Positions 30,934-46,384 of a stretch of DNA of 64,000 nucleotides are shown piece by piece; positions within the stretch are counted from its first letter, which is position 1; each line of letters begins with the position of its first letter. The stretch is from assembly GCF_009914755.1 (NCBI RefSeq), contig NC_060926.1; one strand, given 5' to 3'. The DNA is from the human T2T-CHM13v2.0 reference genome, Homo sapiens. Made by a program: the position numbers and the translations under genes. The notes beneath the pieces are model-generated. The model was not told the origin of the DNA. It worked only from the letters and a program-made list of their open reading frames with translations, and made no database searches.

Positions 30934-33020
30934 GTATATAAAGAGTCCACCAAAAAACTGCTAGAACTAATAAACAAATTCTGCCAATTGGCACAAAATC
31001 AGCATACAAAAATCAGTAGCATTTCTACACACCAATAACAGACTAGCTGTAAAAGAAACAAGAAAGTAGTCCTACTTACAATAGGTAAAAATAAAAACAG
31101 GAGAAAGTTTAAACAAGGAAGTGAAAGATTTGTACTACAAAAACCACAAAATACAGATAAAATTTGAGGTACATAAAAAACATAAAGACATCTTATACTC
31201 ATGAATTGGAGGAATTGCTATTGTTACAATTAACATAATATCCAAATAAATCTACTGTTTCAAAGCAATCCCTAACAAAATGTTAATTGAATCTTCAAGA
31301 AAATAAAAAAGGCAATCCTAAAATATGTTCAGAATCACAAAATACCCTAATAGCCAAAAGAATACTGAGCAATAAAAACAAAGATAGAGACATTATATTA
31401 TTTGATTTCAAATTATATTACAAGGCTATAGCAAACAAAACAGCATGCTACTGGAGAAAAAGTAGACAACATAGACCAATTGAACACAACTGAGAATTGA
31501 GACATAAATTCACATATTTACAGCCAACTAATTTTCAGAAAAGATACCAAGAACATACATTGGGTACAGGACAGTCTTTTTAATAAATGATTTTGGGAAA
31601 ACTGGGTAATCATATGCAGAAAAGTGAAACTAGATCCATATTTCTCACAATAGACAAAGGACAACTAAATGTAAGGTCCAAAACTATAAAACTGCTAGAA
31701 GAAAAGCCAAAGAAAATACATTGGGGTATTAATCTGGGCACATATTTAATGTGTAAGAGTTCAAGAGCACAGGTTACAAAAGGAGACCATATCAAACTAA
31801 AAAGCTCCTGCACTGCAAAGGAAACAATTAACAGAGTTAAGAGAAAACATGTACAATGGGAGAAATGATCTGAATACACATTTCTCAAAAAAAAAGACAT
31901 ACAAGTGGCCAAAAAATATATGTAAAAAACGTTCTACAACACTAATCATCAGGGAAATGCAAATCAAAACCACAATATATATCATCTCACCCCAGTTAGA
32001 ATGGCTATTATCAAAAAGATTTTTTAAAATGCTGGAAAGAATGCAAAGAAAATGGAACTCTTATACACTGTCAGTGGGAATGTAAATTAGGACAGTCACT
32101 TGGAAAACAGTCTACAGTTTTCTTAAAAAAACTAAAAATACAGCTACCATATGACCCAAGCAGTCCCCATTACTGGCAGTTTATCCAAAGGAAAGAAAAT
32201 CAGTACATCAAAGAGACATCTACATCCATGTCTGTTAATAGATGAATGGAAAAAGAAAATGTAGCATATATACACAATGAAATATTATTCATCCATAACA
32301 AATTAAATCTTGTCATTTCTGGCACCATGGAGGAACCTGAAGGATGTTGTGTTAAGTGAAATAAGTCAGGCATGGAAAGATATTAAATATTTAATGTTCT
32401 CACTCACATGTGGGAGCTCAAAAAAGTCAAACACATAGACACAGAATAGAATTGTGGTTATTAGTGCCTGGGAAGCATAGCAGGGAGGAAAGGATAGTGA
32501 GAGGTTGGTTAATAGGTACACAATTACAGATAGATAGGGGAAATAAGTTCTAGTGCTCTATAGCACTATAAAGAAAATATAGTTAATAATTTATTGTATA
32601 TTTTCAAAAAGCTAGAAAACAGGATTTTTAATGTTTCCAACACAAATAATAAAAGTTTGAGGTATCTGATGTGCTAATTACCCCAATTTAATCATCACAT
32701 ATTTAAACATTACATACATTTACAAAAATATTACCATGTATTCCATAAATATGTACAATCACTGCATGCCAAATAAAGGGAAAAAAGAAATTTTGAGAGA
32801 GACCAAATTCACATAACTTTTATTGTATTATAATATTATAATTGCTTTATTTTATTACTAGTTATGTTTATTAATCTCTTTCTTTGCCTGATTTATAAAT
32901 TAAATTTTATCATAGGTATGCATGTATGAAAGAAACAGTATAGCTAGGATTCAGAACCATGCTTGCTTTCAGGCATTCACTGGGGGTCTTGGAAGGTACA
33001 TCTCTTGGATCAGTGGGGAC

Positions 33021-33874
33021 TGTGAAAGGAAGAAACAAACTGTCTGTCCCACTATACTCTTAACCACAGAGAACACTTCTGATACCAGATGTGTGGAGTG
33101 TTTTCCCCACTCACCAAACAATTCCCTAGGGATACCAACTGAGCATCCTATAATTCAGTTCCATTTTGGTATTTTCTACCCGGAGATAGCATCAGATCCC
33201 ACAGGTTAAAGACTCAGTCCCACAAGAGTATTGACCCCACTTTAGATGCCAATTGCAAGTCCAGACTTCTAGGACTTCTCACCGACCAGCTATAAATTAG
33301 GGGTTCCCACAACCTGCTCCTCAGGTTTGATCATTTTCTAGGGCAGCTCACAGAATGCAGGAAAGTAGTTTACTAACACTTACCCATTTGTTATAAAAGG
33401 ATTAAATTAAGGAACAGCCAAATAGAAGAGATGCACTGGGCCAGGAATGAGTGAGGGGGGATGAAGCTTCATTGTCTTCTCGTGTGACACCAACTTCCAT
33501 ATGTTCAGCTGCCCAGAAGCTTTCCAAATCCCATTGTTTAGAGTTTTTATGAAGGCTTCATTACAAAGGCATGATAAATTAAATCATTGGCCATTGGTAA
33601 TTAACTCAAACTTCAGCATGCCTCTGCTACCTAGAGAATGGGAGGTGGGATGTAGGGCTGAAAGTTCCAATGCTCTAAGCACATGGTTGGTTCCTCTGGC
33701 AACCAGCAACCAGTCCCTATCCTGAGGCTATCCAGGACTTCCCCAGACATCAGTCATCTCATTAGCATGCAAAAAGACACTTACTTTGAAACTTGCAAGG
33801 GTCTTAGGAACTGTGTACCAGGAAACAGGCTGAAGACAAATGTATATTTTTTATTATAAATCACATCTATCACA
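33021..33874 (-). mobile_element. MER21-family LTR
   Basis: 'acacttctgataccag', 'cagatcccacaggttaaagactcagtcccacaaga'; minus strand starts TGTGATAGATGTGATTTATAATAA. Confidence 0.8.
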
Positions 33875-34140
33875 GTAATATCTGGAATTTAAAAACAAAT
33901 CTAACTCTTGAGCTCCACAATTGCTCCATCACCGGGGTTTGGATCCTGCCTTGCTCTTGCCATCTTTTCCAAGCCTAGAACACCTGAAACACTACAGCCT
34001 TCACCTTTTGCATACTCTTCTGAGGGCCTCCTGTGCCTGCCTGTCTGATTACAGCTGCAGGTGTTGCCTGCTGGGTATTCCTTTGCAAGAATGTGTTTGA
34101 TCCATGATTTTAAGTCCTGGGAGTTGAGCAAGCTCACCAC

Positions 34141-34616
34141 TGTTAAAAGAAAGCTAGACAAATTAAATTTTACAGAGTTTAATTCAGCAAAGAATTATTC
34201 TCAAATAGAACAGCTCCTGAACTAGAACAGGCTACAGAGCAACTCTAAGGCTGCCAACTGTCAGATAATATTTATGGACAGAAAAAGGAAAGTGACATAC
34301 AGAAAATGGAAGTGAGATGAAAACACAGCTGGATTGTTTACAGTTCAATAATTGCCCTATTTGAACACAGCTTCAACAGCTCGCCACCTATGATTGGCTG
34401 AAACTCGGCTGCCATAATTGGTTGAGACTTGACTGCTGCAATTGCCTGAAAGTTGGTAGCTGTGATTGGCTGAAACTCAGCTGCTGTGAATGGCTGAGAC
34501 TCCCCTACTTGTTAAAAAGAGTAGGTTGCAGTCTGTTTGCGCATGCAATTAGGTTGCAGTTCACTATGTGTAGGGAAATCTTTAGGGCAGACTTAAAATA
34601 TGTAAGGAGGCAGCTA
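34141..34616 (-). mobile_element. MER57-family (ERV1) LTR
   Basis: tgttaaaagaaa...agacaaattaaattt; repeated tgattggctgaaactc; acttaaaatatgtaaggaggcagct. Confidence 0.78.
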
Positions 34617-35024
34617 ACTGATCCCCAGTTTTAAGTTATATCCCCTCAAATATAGATATTGAGTCCTATGGAGATATCTTTAAATATAAAACAAAGTTTG
34701 TAAACAATATCACCTATAGAACACATTGCAGTATTCAAATTATTGTATTATAATAATTTATAAGGGTTATAATCAAGAATTTTTATATACTGAAATGACC
34801 ACACTCTTTCTTTGCTTATGCAGGAAAATGACTCTTTTCTTTAATGTCCAACGGAATTGTAATGATCTGACTCCTCAGACTAAGTGCTTTCTCAGAACTT
34901 TACGCCTACATAGACCCTTTTTTTTTTTTTTAATCCTACTCAGGGCCAAGCTAAGTAAACATCATGCCTTATTCAGGTTGAGCCTAGGGAACTCAAACTG
35001 CTTCAGCCAGCAGTATCAGGAGTC

Positions 35025-35205
35025 CAAGAAGTTAGCCCAGAATAGCAGCATCTGCATCAACTGGGAAGTTGTTAGAAAAGCACATTCTCGAGTTCTATTC
35101 CCAAATGACTGGCTCCAATACTCTCGAAGCAGATCAAACCATTTGTATTTTAATTAACTCTCCAGGTGATTCTGACAGCTACCAACACTTGAGAGCAATG
35201 GGTTT
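35025..35205. mobile_element. MER5A-like hAT DNA element
   Basis: 'cagcatctgcatcaactgggaagttgttagaaa...ctccaggtgattctga...ttgagagcaatg'. Confidence 0.7.
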
Positions 35206-35279
35206 AAGGTGTAGTAAGCACTGTGATTCCTGTATCCTATCAGCAGAAGGGGGCCTATGGGAGAATGGAGGGGCCAGTT

Positions 35280-35850
35280 ATCAACCCAGTTTGGAGGTTT
35301 TATGAAGGCTTCTGAGACAAGATGATACTGAGGCTGAATTCTAAATGATGGATATGAGCTAGCCATTGGGAGTGGAAGTGACAGAACATTCTAGACGAGG
35401 GAATGAACACAGTAAGAGGATAGATTGCTTAGAAGATTACACACAACTCTTGAAGGGCATTGAAGGGCAGATACAAACGAGGTATAATAGGAGATGAGAC
35501 TAGAGTGGTGAAAAGGAGCCTTGTCATAAGACAAGAAAAGCAACATGCCAGAGTGTATGTAGAGATATTGTTTGTCCACAGCACGTGGAATGACATATAT
35601 GAGAAAACTGGAACCAAGACTGTGAACTGGTCTATAGAGGATACGCCAAAGTAGGAATGGTGGGGACTCTGTGAAGTCATCAAATTAGGAGATAGAAAGC
35701 AAAATCAACATAGTTGGTGTTTAATTTGGCTCCTGAATTTTGAAATTACAGAGTCATTCACTGAGGTAAGAACCTTAATTGGAGAAATAGGATTGGAGGG
35801 AAACGATATTTATATTTATAGACACTGAATTTGAGATACCTGTAGGAAGT
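35280..35850 (-). mobile_element. L2 relic
   Basis: 'gaaggcttctgag...gaggctgaattctaaatgatgga...acattctagacgagggaa', 'tttgagatacctgtagga'. Confidence 0.55.
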
Positions 35851-36699
35851 TTTATATCACTTTTATATGTAGATATCCATTTCATATACTAATAATTATA
35901 ATATCATGATAATTATAATCAATAATGATAAAGCAACAATGAGAGTTTTAATTTTTACATATATAAACTTATTTAATCTTCACATCAGGAGTGAAAATTG
36001 ATTTAAAATTACTGTTGAATAATTTATTTTCTCTGAAGAGAAAGATTACCTGCTAAAAGTGAGGAAGTAGGTAGATGAAAACTCTAGGTAAAATACTTTA
36101 TAGAATTGGCTTTTCTTTGTTATTTAATTTATCACATTTATCTTTCCCTGCACACACTCGAGTTGTAGCAGCGTTTTTGCAGTTTTCCTAAAACAGAATG
36201 GTAATTCGTGCCTCTTTGCTTTTGCAAATGCTGTTAATCTTTCCTAGAAAAGGAGGGAGCATGAGTCTTCGCTAAACTTGCAACACATGGGCTGCACTCT
36301 TCATTGAGCCTCTTCAAGGAGAAAGTGTATAATCTCTGAAAATCATGCAAGTTCTAAAAGGCTGAAGATGGGATTTCAAAGAAAATGGCATATCAAAATG
36401 TTCTCTGTTGTGCTGAGCCAGTATATGTATGTGCAAACTTTGTGTTTTAAAGGCCAATAATTTGTGCTTATGGATCATCTCTCCCTGAATAAATATGGCA
36501 AAACTCCATGAAGCTGAAATATTGCTCATTTCTCTTTTATAAAAAGGTTATACATTTCATAAGACAAATCTTCCAGTCAACAAATTCTTATTCCCAGGGC
36601 ACTATTACTCTGATAAAATTAATAAAGCTTTAATTATAGAATCCCAAAACACACAGACAAGATTTACTTAAAGTTTTTTTTTTCTATACTGTTTTGTTT

Positions 36700-38700
36700 T
36701 TTAAATAAACTTTTCAATCCAGAACAGCTTTACATCTACAGAAAAATGTGAAGATGGCACTGACGGTTCCCATACATACTACACCAAGCCTGCCACACAT
36801 CAGAATCCTGTCTTAGTATGGCATATCTGCTATAATATAACTAATGAACCAATATTGATATGTTATTATTAACTAAAGTGCATACTTTATTCAGAGTTTT
36901 CCAGTTTCCACCCCTGGCCTTTTTCTGTTTTAGGATTCCATTCAAGGTACCTTATTACATATATTCCTCAGGTCTCCTTAGGCTCCTCTTGGCTGTGGTA
37001 ATTTCTCAGACTTTCTTTGATTTTGATGACCATGGAAATTTTGAAGGATAGTAGTCAAGGGTTTCACAGACTGTCCCTCAATTGGGATACATTTGATGTT
37101 TTTATCATGATTAGACTGGGGTGATTTGAGGTAAGAAGACCACAGAGGTAAAGAGCCATTCTTATGGCATCATATCAGAAGAACATACTAACCACATTGA
37201 CCATAACCATTGATATTAACCTTGACTATCTGGCCTAGGGAGTATTCAGGTTTCTCCTGTGCAAATGTATTCTCTCTCCCTTTCATACTGCACTCTTTCT
37301 AAGAGGTGGGGCGGGGGGACACTCCATCTTCTTGAAGGCGAAGCATCTGCATAAATCATTTTGTATTCTGTTGCACAAGAGATTTTCCTGTTGTTACTTA
37401 TTTATTGATGCAATGATTTTTATCAGTACAGATTCTTTTTTAAATTTATTTGAAGAAATAAATATATAAAATAAATAAATAATATAAATATTTATGTTTA
37501 TTTATAATTTGAGAAATTATTTGCTCTATTTGAGAATAGTTCTTTCCTGAACTAAACTCTGTTACATTTAATTTGTCTAAAGTTTTCTTTTAACAGTGGT
37601 GAACTTGCTCTGCCCCCAGGACTAATAAATAATATTATAGGCTATTTATTCCATATAATATTCCAAATACTTTATGGAATATTTATTCTATGTTTTGGGT
37701 TTTAATCCCCAAACTACTCCATTTATTTTGTGACTCAAATTACTCTAAACTTCAAACAACTGAAGCTCCTTCAATTGACTCCTGTGCCCACTTCACAACA
37801 CACACCCGTCATTGGGATTATTTTCAGCTCTTTCTTAGTTTCTGGCACTACAAGACGCTCCAGGCTTCTCCTGAATTCTTCCTGCTCCAATATTAGACTC
37901 AGTCATTTATCCAAGGAGCCCTTGGTTCCTTTTATTAGGGAATATTGGAAAGTAGAATCTGAGCACCAGGTGTGCTAGTTGTTAAATTCCAATGTACATG
38001 TATATCAGGATCAGAATTATTAACCTGTGCCCCATGGGAAATAATTTTATTAATTAAAGTGTAGTGCTTATGTGCAGTTCTTTTTGCCTTTAGACTTATA
38101 GACTGTACTCACTTCCAAAGTTCACTTAGGTCAGCACCTTTTTTCCCATCCCATACAAATTTCATTCATTTGTTATATAGTTAGATTGCTCGCCTCATCC
38201 TGCATTCCATCCTGGGATTTCTCTACGTCCTAAATGCTTAAAACATTGCCTATCTTTTTGTTATGAATTCTATAAGTTTTGACAATGCATTGTGTCATGT
38301 ATCTACCATTTGAGTATTAGACAGAATAATTTCGCCATCCTAAAAATTCCCCCGTCCTCTACCTAATCAACCCTCTTGCCCTCCCTCTTGAATTCCTAGA
38401 TGTCACTATAGTTTTGCCTTTATAACCATTATTATATAATAGTTTTTCTTTTTCCAAAATGTCATGTAATTGGAATTGCATTGTATGTAACCTTTTCATA
38501 TTTGCTTTTTTTCATTTATCAAATATGTTTAAGATTCATCCATTTTTAAGGATTTATTTTTATCACTAAAAATATTCCAAATTATGGATGTACCACAATT
38601 TGTTTACCCATTTATCTATTGAAGGATGTCTTAATTGCTTCCAATATCTGGGGATTATAAGTAAAGCTGCTACAAACATTTATGTCCAGGTTTTTTGATG
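36700..38700 (-). mobile_element. L1MC/L1MD-type 3' UTR, antisense
   Basis: 'aatgaaccaatattgatatgttattattaactaaagt', 'tggatgtaccacaatttgtttacccatt...gctgctacaaacattt'. Confidence 0.75.
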
Positions 38701-39349
38701 GGCATGATTCCAAATGCTGGAAGGTTTACTCATCAAAACTGCCTTGATCTTCCTCCTGGTCTCCTTTTCTTCAGTTCCCTGCAGAGCCTTCAGGGTGAAG
38801 TGCTGCCATGGTCCCCTGCAACCTCTCTGCTGATGAGGGTCTGTGGCCCTTGCCTGGAGCACTGTCCCCATTCACCTCCCAGGCCTCCTCCACCTTTCCT
38901 GCAAATCGATGAGAGTCCTGTTCAGTGTCTTGTACACCAGTGACTCCCAGCCAAATCTGGCACCAGAACAGCTCCTCCCAATATTGGTTTGTCAGATGGA
39001 GAGTGGCTTCCACCTAGGCTTCTTATAGGAAATGCACCTCAGTCTCCCAGTTACAGTCAGCAGCCTGCTGCCTCCCGGTCACTTGCTCCTTCACACACTG
39101 CCTGCCTTTTATTCTTCTTTGCTTTTTCCAGTATCCTCTATGCCTTATGCTTTAGCCGTTGATCTATTTTCCCATCAATTATTTTTATGCATGACACACT
39201 TCCAGGGAGCTCTGATTCTAATATAAACATTTTAACAGTGCCACACTCTAAAGGCAGAAAACACCCTATCCATCCTCACCCCCCATAACCACCTTCTCTC
39301 ATCCAGAAAATACTATTTTCCCTGCTTGTTGGCTTTTAAATTAAAGATC

Positions 39350-39535
39350 TGATTTCAGATTCCAGTCATGCCTCTTATTAGCTGGGTAACGTTGGGCAAT
39401 GTATACAACCTATCCAAGCTTCAATTTTTCTTTTGGAAAATGGAGATATTATCCATTTTATGAGTTTTTTATTGAGAGTCAAGTATGCAAATATCTTAAT
39501 ACGTGCCTGGAAGAGTCATTTGAATAAATAATAGT
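39350..39535 (+). mobile_element. MIR fragment
   Basis: 'cttattagctgggtaacgttgggcaa...aaaatggagat'. Confidence 0.6.
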
Positions 39536-41559
39536 TCTTTTCATTTGGTCTCTTCTCATAGAATTTCATTTTTTCAATATTCTTATCAAATGCTTCTCTT
39601 ACCTGTCCTCTAAGGCTGTAATATTTAAGGAGAGTGAATGGTAGTGAATGGAGAATAACTATTCGCTAAAGCTTTTCAGTACCTTGCCATGATAAAAAGG
39701 AGATTTCTTTGTATATAAGGCCTTTGTCACCTTTGAAGGTTCTACCATGTAGAAGGTTGATGGACCACTAATTTTCAACAGATTTATATGTAACAGATAT
39801 GGTGGGCAAACTCAGCACTAAATGCCTTAAAATATATTATTATATGTTTTATTGCAGATGCCGTCAATGACATTTGCTTGACATTCAGTGAACACCTACT
39901 TTATGCAGGGCACCACAAGGGGCTCTCTAATACATAATCTAATTTAATATAATTGTTATAATCCTGTGTATAGTTAAAATATTTAATTTTCTCAGCATTA
40001 CAAAGTCAGCAAATGACAGAGCTTAGAACTGAGCCATGTGCATAATACATGTTCAAAACATATTTGCTAATCAATTATGAAAAGTGCTGAGATTTGATGT
40101 AAACACTGGCCCTCTCCATTTCCATATTCTTTCACTGTGTCACTCTAAAACCTCCCAGGAGGTGCTATCTAAATTTACTACTAGAAAGGTTGAAAATAAC
40201 AGTGTCAAGGCACATGACTTACCACGACTTGACTTGCTGTTGTGGAGGAGGGTGGGCTGATAGCAGAGGATTCCATTGGTGTTAGGATTCAGAAAAGCTT
40301 GTCAAACCTCCTGCAGCTCCCTCTCCCTGCTGGAGCATTTTTTTATTTCCCTGAAGATAACAATGGCATGTGGATTCTCTCTGTAGGAGTCCTTTGACAT
40401 TGGTACTGCCCTTTCAAAACATTTTTTAAAATATGCCGTGAGGACTAAGACTTCTCCTTTTGCATCTGTGACGTGATCTTTTTTGATGTTGCAGAGGGCG
40501 ACTAACAAGGACAACCACAATACAAACACTAGTAGGTAGAGGATGGGCTACTTCATTTACATGTGTTTCTTCTGTAATTAAATTCTATTAATAATGCTGG
40601 ATGTTTCATATCAGCACCTACATTTAAAGGAAAGAAATCTAAATGTTAAATGATAGGAGCAGAAATTGAGTCCACTTCTATTTTCATATTCCAGTCCATG
40701 CTACTCAGAGAAACACTTGGGGTGGAGGACGGTGGATGGAAGAGTTTGTGCTTCCCTTTTAGGACTTTTACAGAATTTAAAAGTCTGACTCTGTACAGCC
40801 AGACTGACAATACATTCAGTCTTGCCCCTTTTCATGAATCCAATCATTATTTGTGTGGGAAGAGCTTTCAAAGCCTCAATTACACCACCAGGTATAGTGT
40901 GTCCACTTAGAAACAAGCCAGATTCCACTGTTCATGAGATGCTTCTCCACTCTGGACACTGGAGCACCTACTTTAGTTCCCTGCCAGATAGATTTACATT
41001 GTGTCTGCAACTCAGGTATTGCTTTTCCTAGACATGCTCAGCACAGGTAGGAAAATTTTGCCCTTCATTGTGTCTTATATAAAACAACCCAACTGCATGG
41101 CACAGCTGCCACATTCAAGAGTGTGGCAGAGGTAAAGGGCGTGTCCAGGCAATACTTGCTCAATGGAAGGAAAGACAACAAGGTCCTCCCCAGGAAAGGC
41201 TAGTCCCTTTTTGCCTATTATTTGAGAAGAACATCATGAGAAAACCACCATGGGCAAGAAGGTCTCTTACAAATTTCAGGCCCAGTTTAGAAAATGTAAG
41301 CCTCAGCACAGAAATCACCATGACTGTGACTTCTGAATGTTAAGAATTTCTGCATTTTTCTTTACTAAGAGTGCGAAGTCTGAAACACCCCAAGTTGCTG
41401 GGACATCAAAGAGCCCCAGAAATGATTCAGACTTTTAATAAATTAGCTTTAGATAAGACCATAAATTAAATAAATCTGAGAATAGTTTTTTTCCTATTAC
41501 TTGCTTTTCAGACAAATTTAGAATTTACGTATTAAAAATTCTCTAATTTTCAAGAAGAT

Positions 41560-42560
41560 TTAAAAACCCAGAATCAATAAAGGAAAAGACTGATAAATTT
41601 GATAATGGAAGAATAAAATAAGAGCTAACGTAAAATGACTATAAGTTCTACACGATGTTACAATTTTCTGTGTATAAACTTATTTATCCACATCAAACCC
41701 TATGAGTTTTTTCTTATTATACACATTTTAAAGATGAGAAAATTGAGGCACAGATAAGTTAAATAACTTGTCCAAGATGATAGTGCTGGTAAAATAGAGC
41801 TATAACTCAACTCACAGACTATTACCTGTCAAATATTTTGTATGGCACCAAACAAATTCAAAAGGCTAACAGCAAAGTGGGAAATTGTAATCATAACTTA
41901 ATAATAGATAAAAGCCTAATTTCCTTAAATGAAAATAACTTATACAAATCCATAAGGAAAAATATGAACAAGCTAAGATAAAAAATGGTCAAAAGTTGTA
42001 AACAGGCAGTTTACCATTTTCAGAACAATGACCAATAAGCATAGGAAAAGATGTTCTGCATCAGCTGCCTCCAAAAGAATGCAAATCATAACAGCAGTAA
42101 AATAAGAATTTTTATCTTATCAAAAAAATAAAAAAGAAAAGAAAAAATCTTAGTGATTCCTTCTACCAGCAACTGTGTGGGGAGACAGGGCCTCTCGTAC
42201 AGTTGATGGGGGTGTGAGTTGGTGCAAAATTTCTGGAGGGCAATTTGGCCACGCCTATTAAAATAAAAATGCACATAAATTTTAATCCAGCAATCTTATT
42301 GCTAAGCATGCATGTTTCCAATTTGCTATACACAATATTACCAATGTAACATGTAAAAGATGTTCCTCATAGCATGGTGTGTAAGAGCAAAACCTGAAAA
42401 CTATTAAATTTTGAATCAATAGGCTCCTGAAATTATGGTACATAAATATGATAAAATACTATTAAACTATTCCAATTTAGCCAACATGCAAGGTAAATGA
42501 TTGCTTTTTTTAAAGCAGAGAACAGTGTATATAATCTGATTTGTTTTGTGTAATTTCCTT
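41560..42560 (+). mobile_element. Old L1ME-like ORF2/3' relic with an embedded antisense MIR (~41640-41810)
   Basis: 'tggtgcaaaatttctggagggcaatttggc...ccagcaatctta'; MIR 'cattttaaagatgagaaaattgaggcacagataagttaaataacttgtccaag'. Confidence 0.65.
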
Positions 42561-44035
42561 CTATGTTAATGAATCTCATAAGTGATTTTAAAATGAAGAG
42601 GAAACCCCTGGATCTGAATGCACTGGAGAAGAGGGAGACCTCATGTCTATCTCTGTTCAATGTACAGAGAGAGATCCCTGCTCTCTCTGTACCTAACCTG
42701 CAAAACACTTTCCTTGAATCAGGGTAACAGAAGACTGAACGGTCCTCAGCGCTCACATAGGGAGTGCTCAAGTCAGGTTGCAGAAGTTAAACCTGCAATG
42801 GTGAAGAGCTGTGTGACCACAGTCCAGGTGACCAGGACCCACCAGGGCTGGATGGCCTGTAGCTCACATTTACCTAACGGTAGAGAGAGCAGTTGCAATT
42901 AGGCAGGCTCAGCCACAGGGTGAAGGTGGCTTTCCTGGGCCTTTTTCTCATGCACATTGACCAGTGCTGAGTCCTAGATCAGACTCCCAGATGCCAGATG
43001 TTTTATATCAGAGCAAGGATTTCAAGGAAGAAAGAAAGGCACTCTTGCAGAGGGTGGTTTTGGATTTCAAAGATATTTAATTTGAAAATGAAAGATTTAT
43101 GAACCTTATATCTCTTGACAATAAAATGGGATGCAGAAATTAATTATAACACATTCAAGTAAACATATTCATTAGATGGCTAGATGTAACATTTTAATGT
43201 TTATTTTTATGTAAATTTTATGTTTGTTTCAGTCTTTTTGGCTGAAAAACACTTAACACAAATAGGTAAGATGGACAGATGTTAACAAAAATCAGTAAAG
43301 GTGGGTGGGAATATTTGTTGAAACTCAGTGGTCTATTGGGTGATTTAGGGTTCACACAAGAAGCCACTGTTGAGTCTCAGCTTCGGAGATCATGCTCTTC
43401 GGGAAGGCTGTGATCAGCTGCAATCTGACCTCAGGTTCTTACTGGATTCCCCATTCCTTCTAAACACTGACTTTTCTCTCAACAGGACTCTCCACCTCTT
43501 CCTTTAATCCCTGTCAACGGGAGCCTCTCACTGCCAGACTGATTAATGTTTCTTTCTGTATATTTGGGAGCTTCCTCTCTCTCATAATAATGGGACCATC
43601 TACAAGCATTATTTTTTTAATTATTTATTTTCTCATAAATGCAGGTTTTGTTTCATCTGATTTGCTTTGAGCTACTCTTCTTCAAATTCCACAAAGACAT
43701 AAATGCAAAAGGTCAAATAGATTGTAATTTTTCATTGCGTCTTCCAATGCATGAGTCATGGTCTGTAGTTTTACTATCATTGTAATCCTCAATTCCTGTT
43801 AATCTGGGATTTAAAGAAAACAATCAACAGGAATTAGAGGAGTCACTACTGGGGCTCAGGAAAACTTCAAGCATTGTAGACTAGAAAGTCGATATAGCAT
43901 ACACATTTTTAAATCAGTGGTTGCATGGAATAATAATAGTTCCAGTGACAACTTTAACTTGTCAAAATGAGAAGACAATAGGGGTAATTATTCAGGCAAA
44001 TCATTCTTACTGTTAATCCCTGACCCATTGACTAA

Positions 44036-44438
<403 letters not shown>

Positions 44439-46384
44439 TGATAAATATCAGCAGTAAAACAGAAGTACGTAGAATATGTTTTACAATATGTAGCATAAAC
44501 AGCTGCCTGGTCATAAAAGTGGAGTTTGAAAATATGTGTTGTTTTTTTTTAAGCAGTGGAAGCAACTAAGAAAATTCAAGAATTTCTTCCTGTTGTTTTA
44601 ATAAAGATTGCCAAGTCATTCAATTTTTCTTTAAAAGCAATCTGCAAACTATTCAATTGTAAGCTTAGCGCACTTATATGCAAGTAAAAGGAAATATTAG
44701 GAACTATTTTTACAATTACCTCTACTCTCCTCAGTTGTTGAGTTGTTGGAATTTTTTTAATGGCTGACTTCGATATAGGAATGGGAAATAACTTAAATGA
44801 TAATGTGTTCTGCAAAACTGCCTCTTTACCTCTGCTGCATCTATGAAGGATTCCTCATTCTAACAGCGTTATACTCTCAACATTTGTTAATGTCCTCCCA
44901 TTCCACTGGGACATTTTCACAATTGACATGATAGCAGCATGTTTTTTTTGGGTGCTACCTTGATCAGGTTAACAGAATTCTTAAATTCTTTTCCAAGCCT
45001 CAACATTCACTTGGAATCTATGACTTTATACCAGGATAGAGTGTTCTATATCTAACACAATCCCTTCATTTCAGATTCAAGGAAACTGGTGCAGAGATTT
45101 CTAGTGACTTACCTAAGGTCGTACAGAAACTGAGGGGGTAGCTATTGTGCCAAAATTCAGCTATATGGTCTCCCCTCATAGCTCTAAGATGTAATGTAAT
45201 GGCCTCATGAGTTCCTGAATCTGTGACTATGCTCCTGTATAAAAAAATATAGCTTCGGTTACTTGACAAATCAAAATTTTGACCTGTTATTAAAAAAAAA
45301 AAAAAAACAGACCGAGTCCTGAAATGTAAGTTGTGGTTTTATTAGACAGGTTTGGTTTTTGTGACTACTTCTCCAGATAGGTAAACTTCTAGGAGTTGTG
45401 AGTATAAATATGGAGTCTTGCACAGGGATGACAGGAGAGAGAAATGGAATTTCATTTGCAAATTTCATGTGGGAAAAATGACAGAGAAGAAAGATTCACA
45501 ATGTGAGAAAAAAAGCAATAAAGTCCCTCATTACCATAATATCCCTCATGCCAAGAGCAAGCTCCCACTCCACTCTTAGCTAAATTTCAATTCTGTTGAC
45601 TCTAACATTTTTACTGTGGAAGCGCATCCCCAGTACTGTAAGAGAAGTGATTAAGGAAACATATTTCTTTTTACAGAAATTTCCTGAACATCAGCTTTAA
45701 GGAATCCATCTCAAACTGTCAAATCTCTTTCTACTTGGTACAAAAATATGATTCATATCACATTATATAAAGTATATTGTATTATAAATGGATCAGTGTT
45801 TTCAATATGGCTTTTTTGAGCTATGAGAGGAATTGGAGAAGCCTTTTCCATTGAGTCTGAAATGTGTTTTCTGTAAAGAAAGGTGAAGAGAACAGTTTAA
45901 TCTTACAGAGGGAAACCATGAACATATTTTTATTATATATTATGAGCTGAATATTTTAAGAATAGAAACAGACTCACAGATATCTATCTATCCATTATCT
46001 GCCAGGGAAATGCAGATGAAGGAGGGAGAGACAATGGCTGGCTACTGGCAGTACCATGCTCACTGAAGCAGCATGTCTCTCTGCCTTCAGTGTCTAGTGC
46101 CTTTCTCTGGAGTTCCAGCTGGGACTCTCCTACTTCTTCTATAAAAGGATTTGGAAGTGTAAGGTGGCCAACAGGGTGAATGTGGAACAGCTGGAGGGCA
46201 AATGAGACTGCGAAGCAAGCACATATTCTGTCCTTTGGCAGAGCATCATAAATAACCATTTCCAGTGATTTAAAACAAGGTGGCAGAGGAAGGATAACAG
46301 TGCGTATTGTACACAGAATAATGCTGAGGCAAACTAAGAGGTACATCCAACACCTCCTATATTTCATAGTGATGATACACATGC

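Noticed and set aside
34726-35157. 143-aa ORF
   Set aside because: Non-ATG start, runs through a polyT tract and MER5A; no homology recognised
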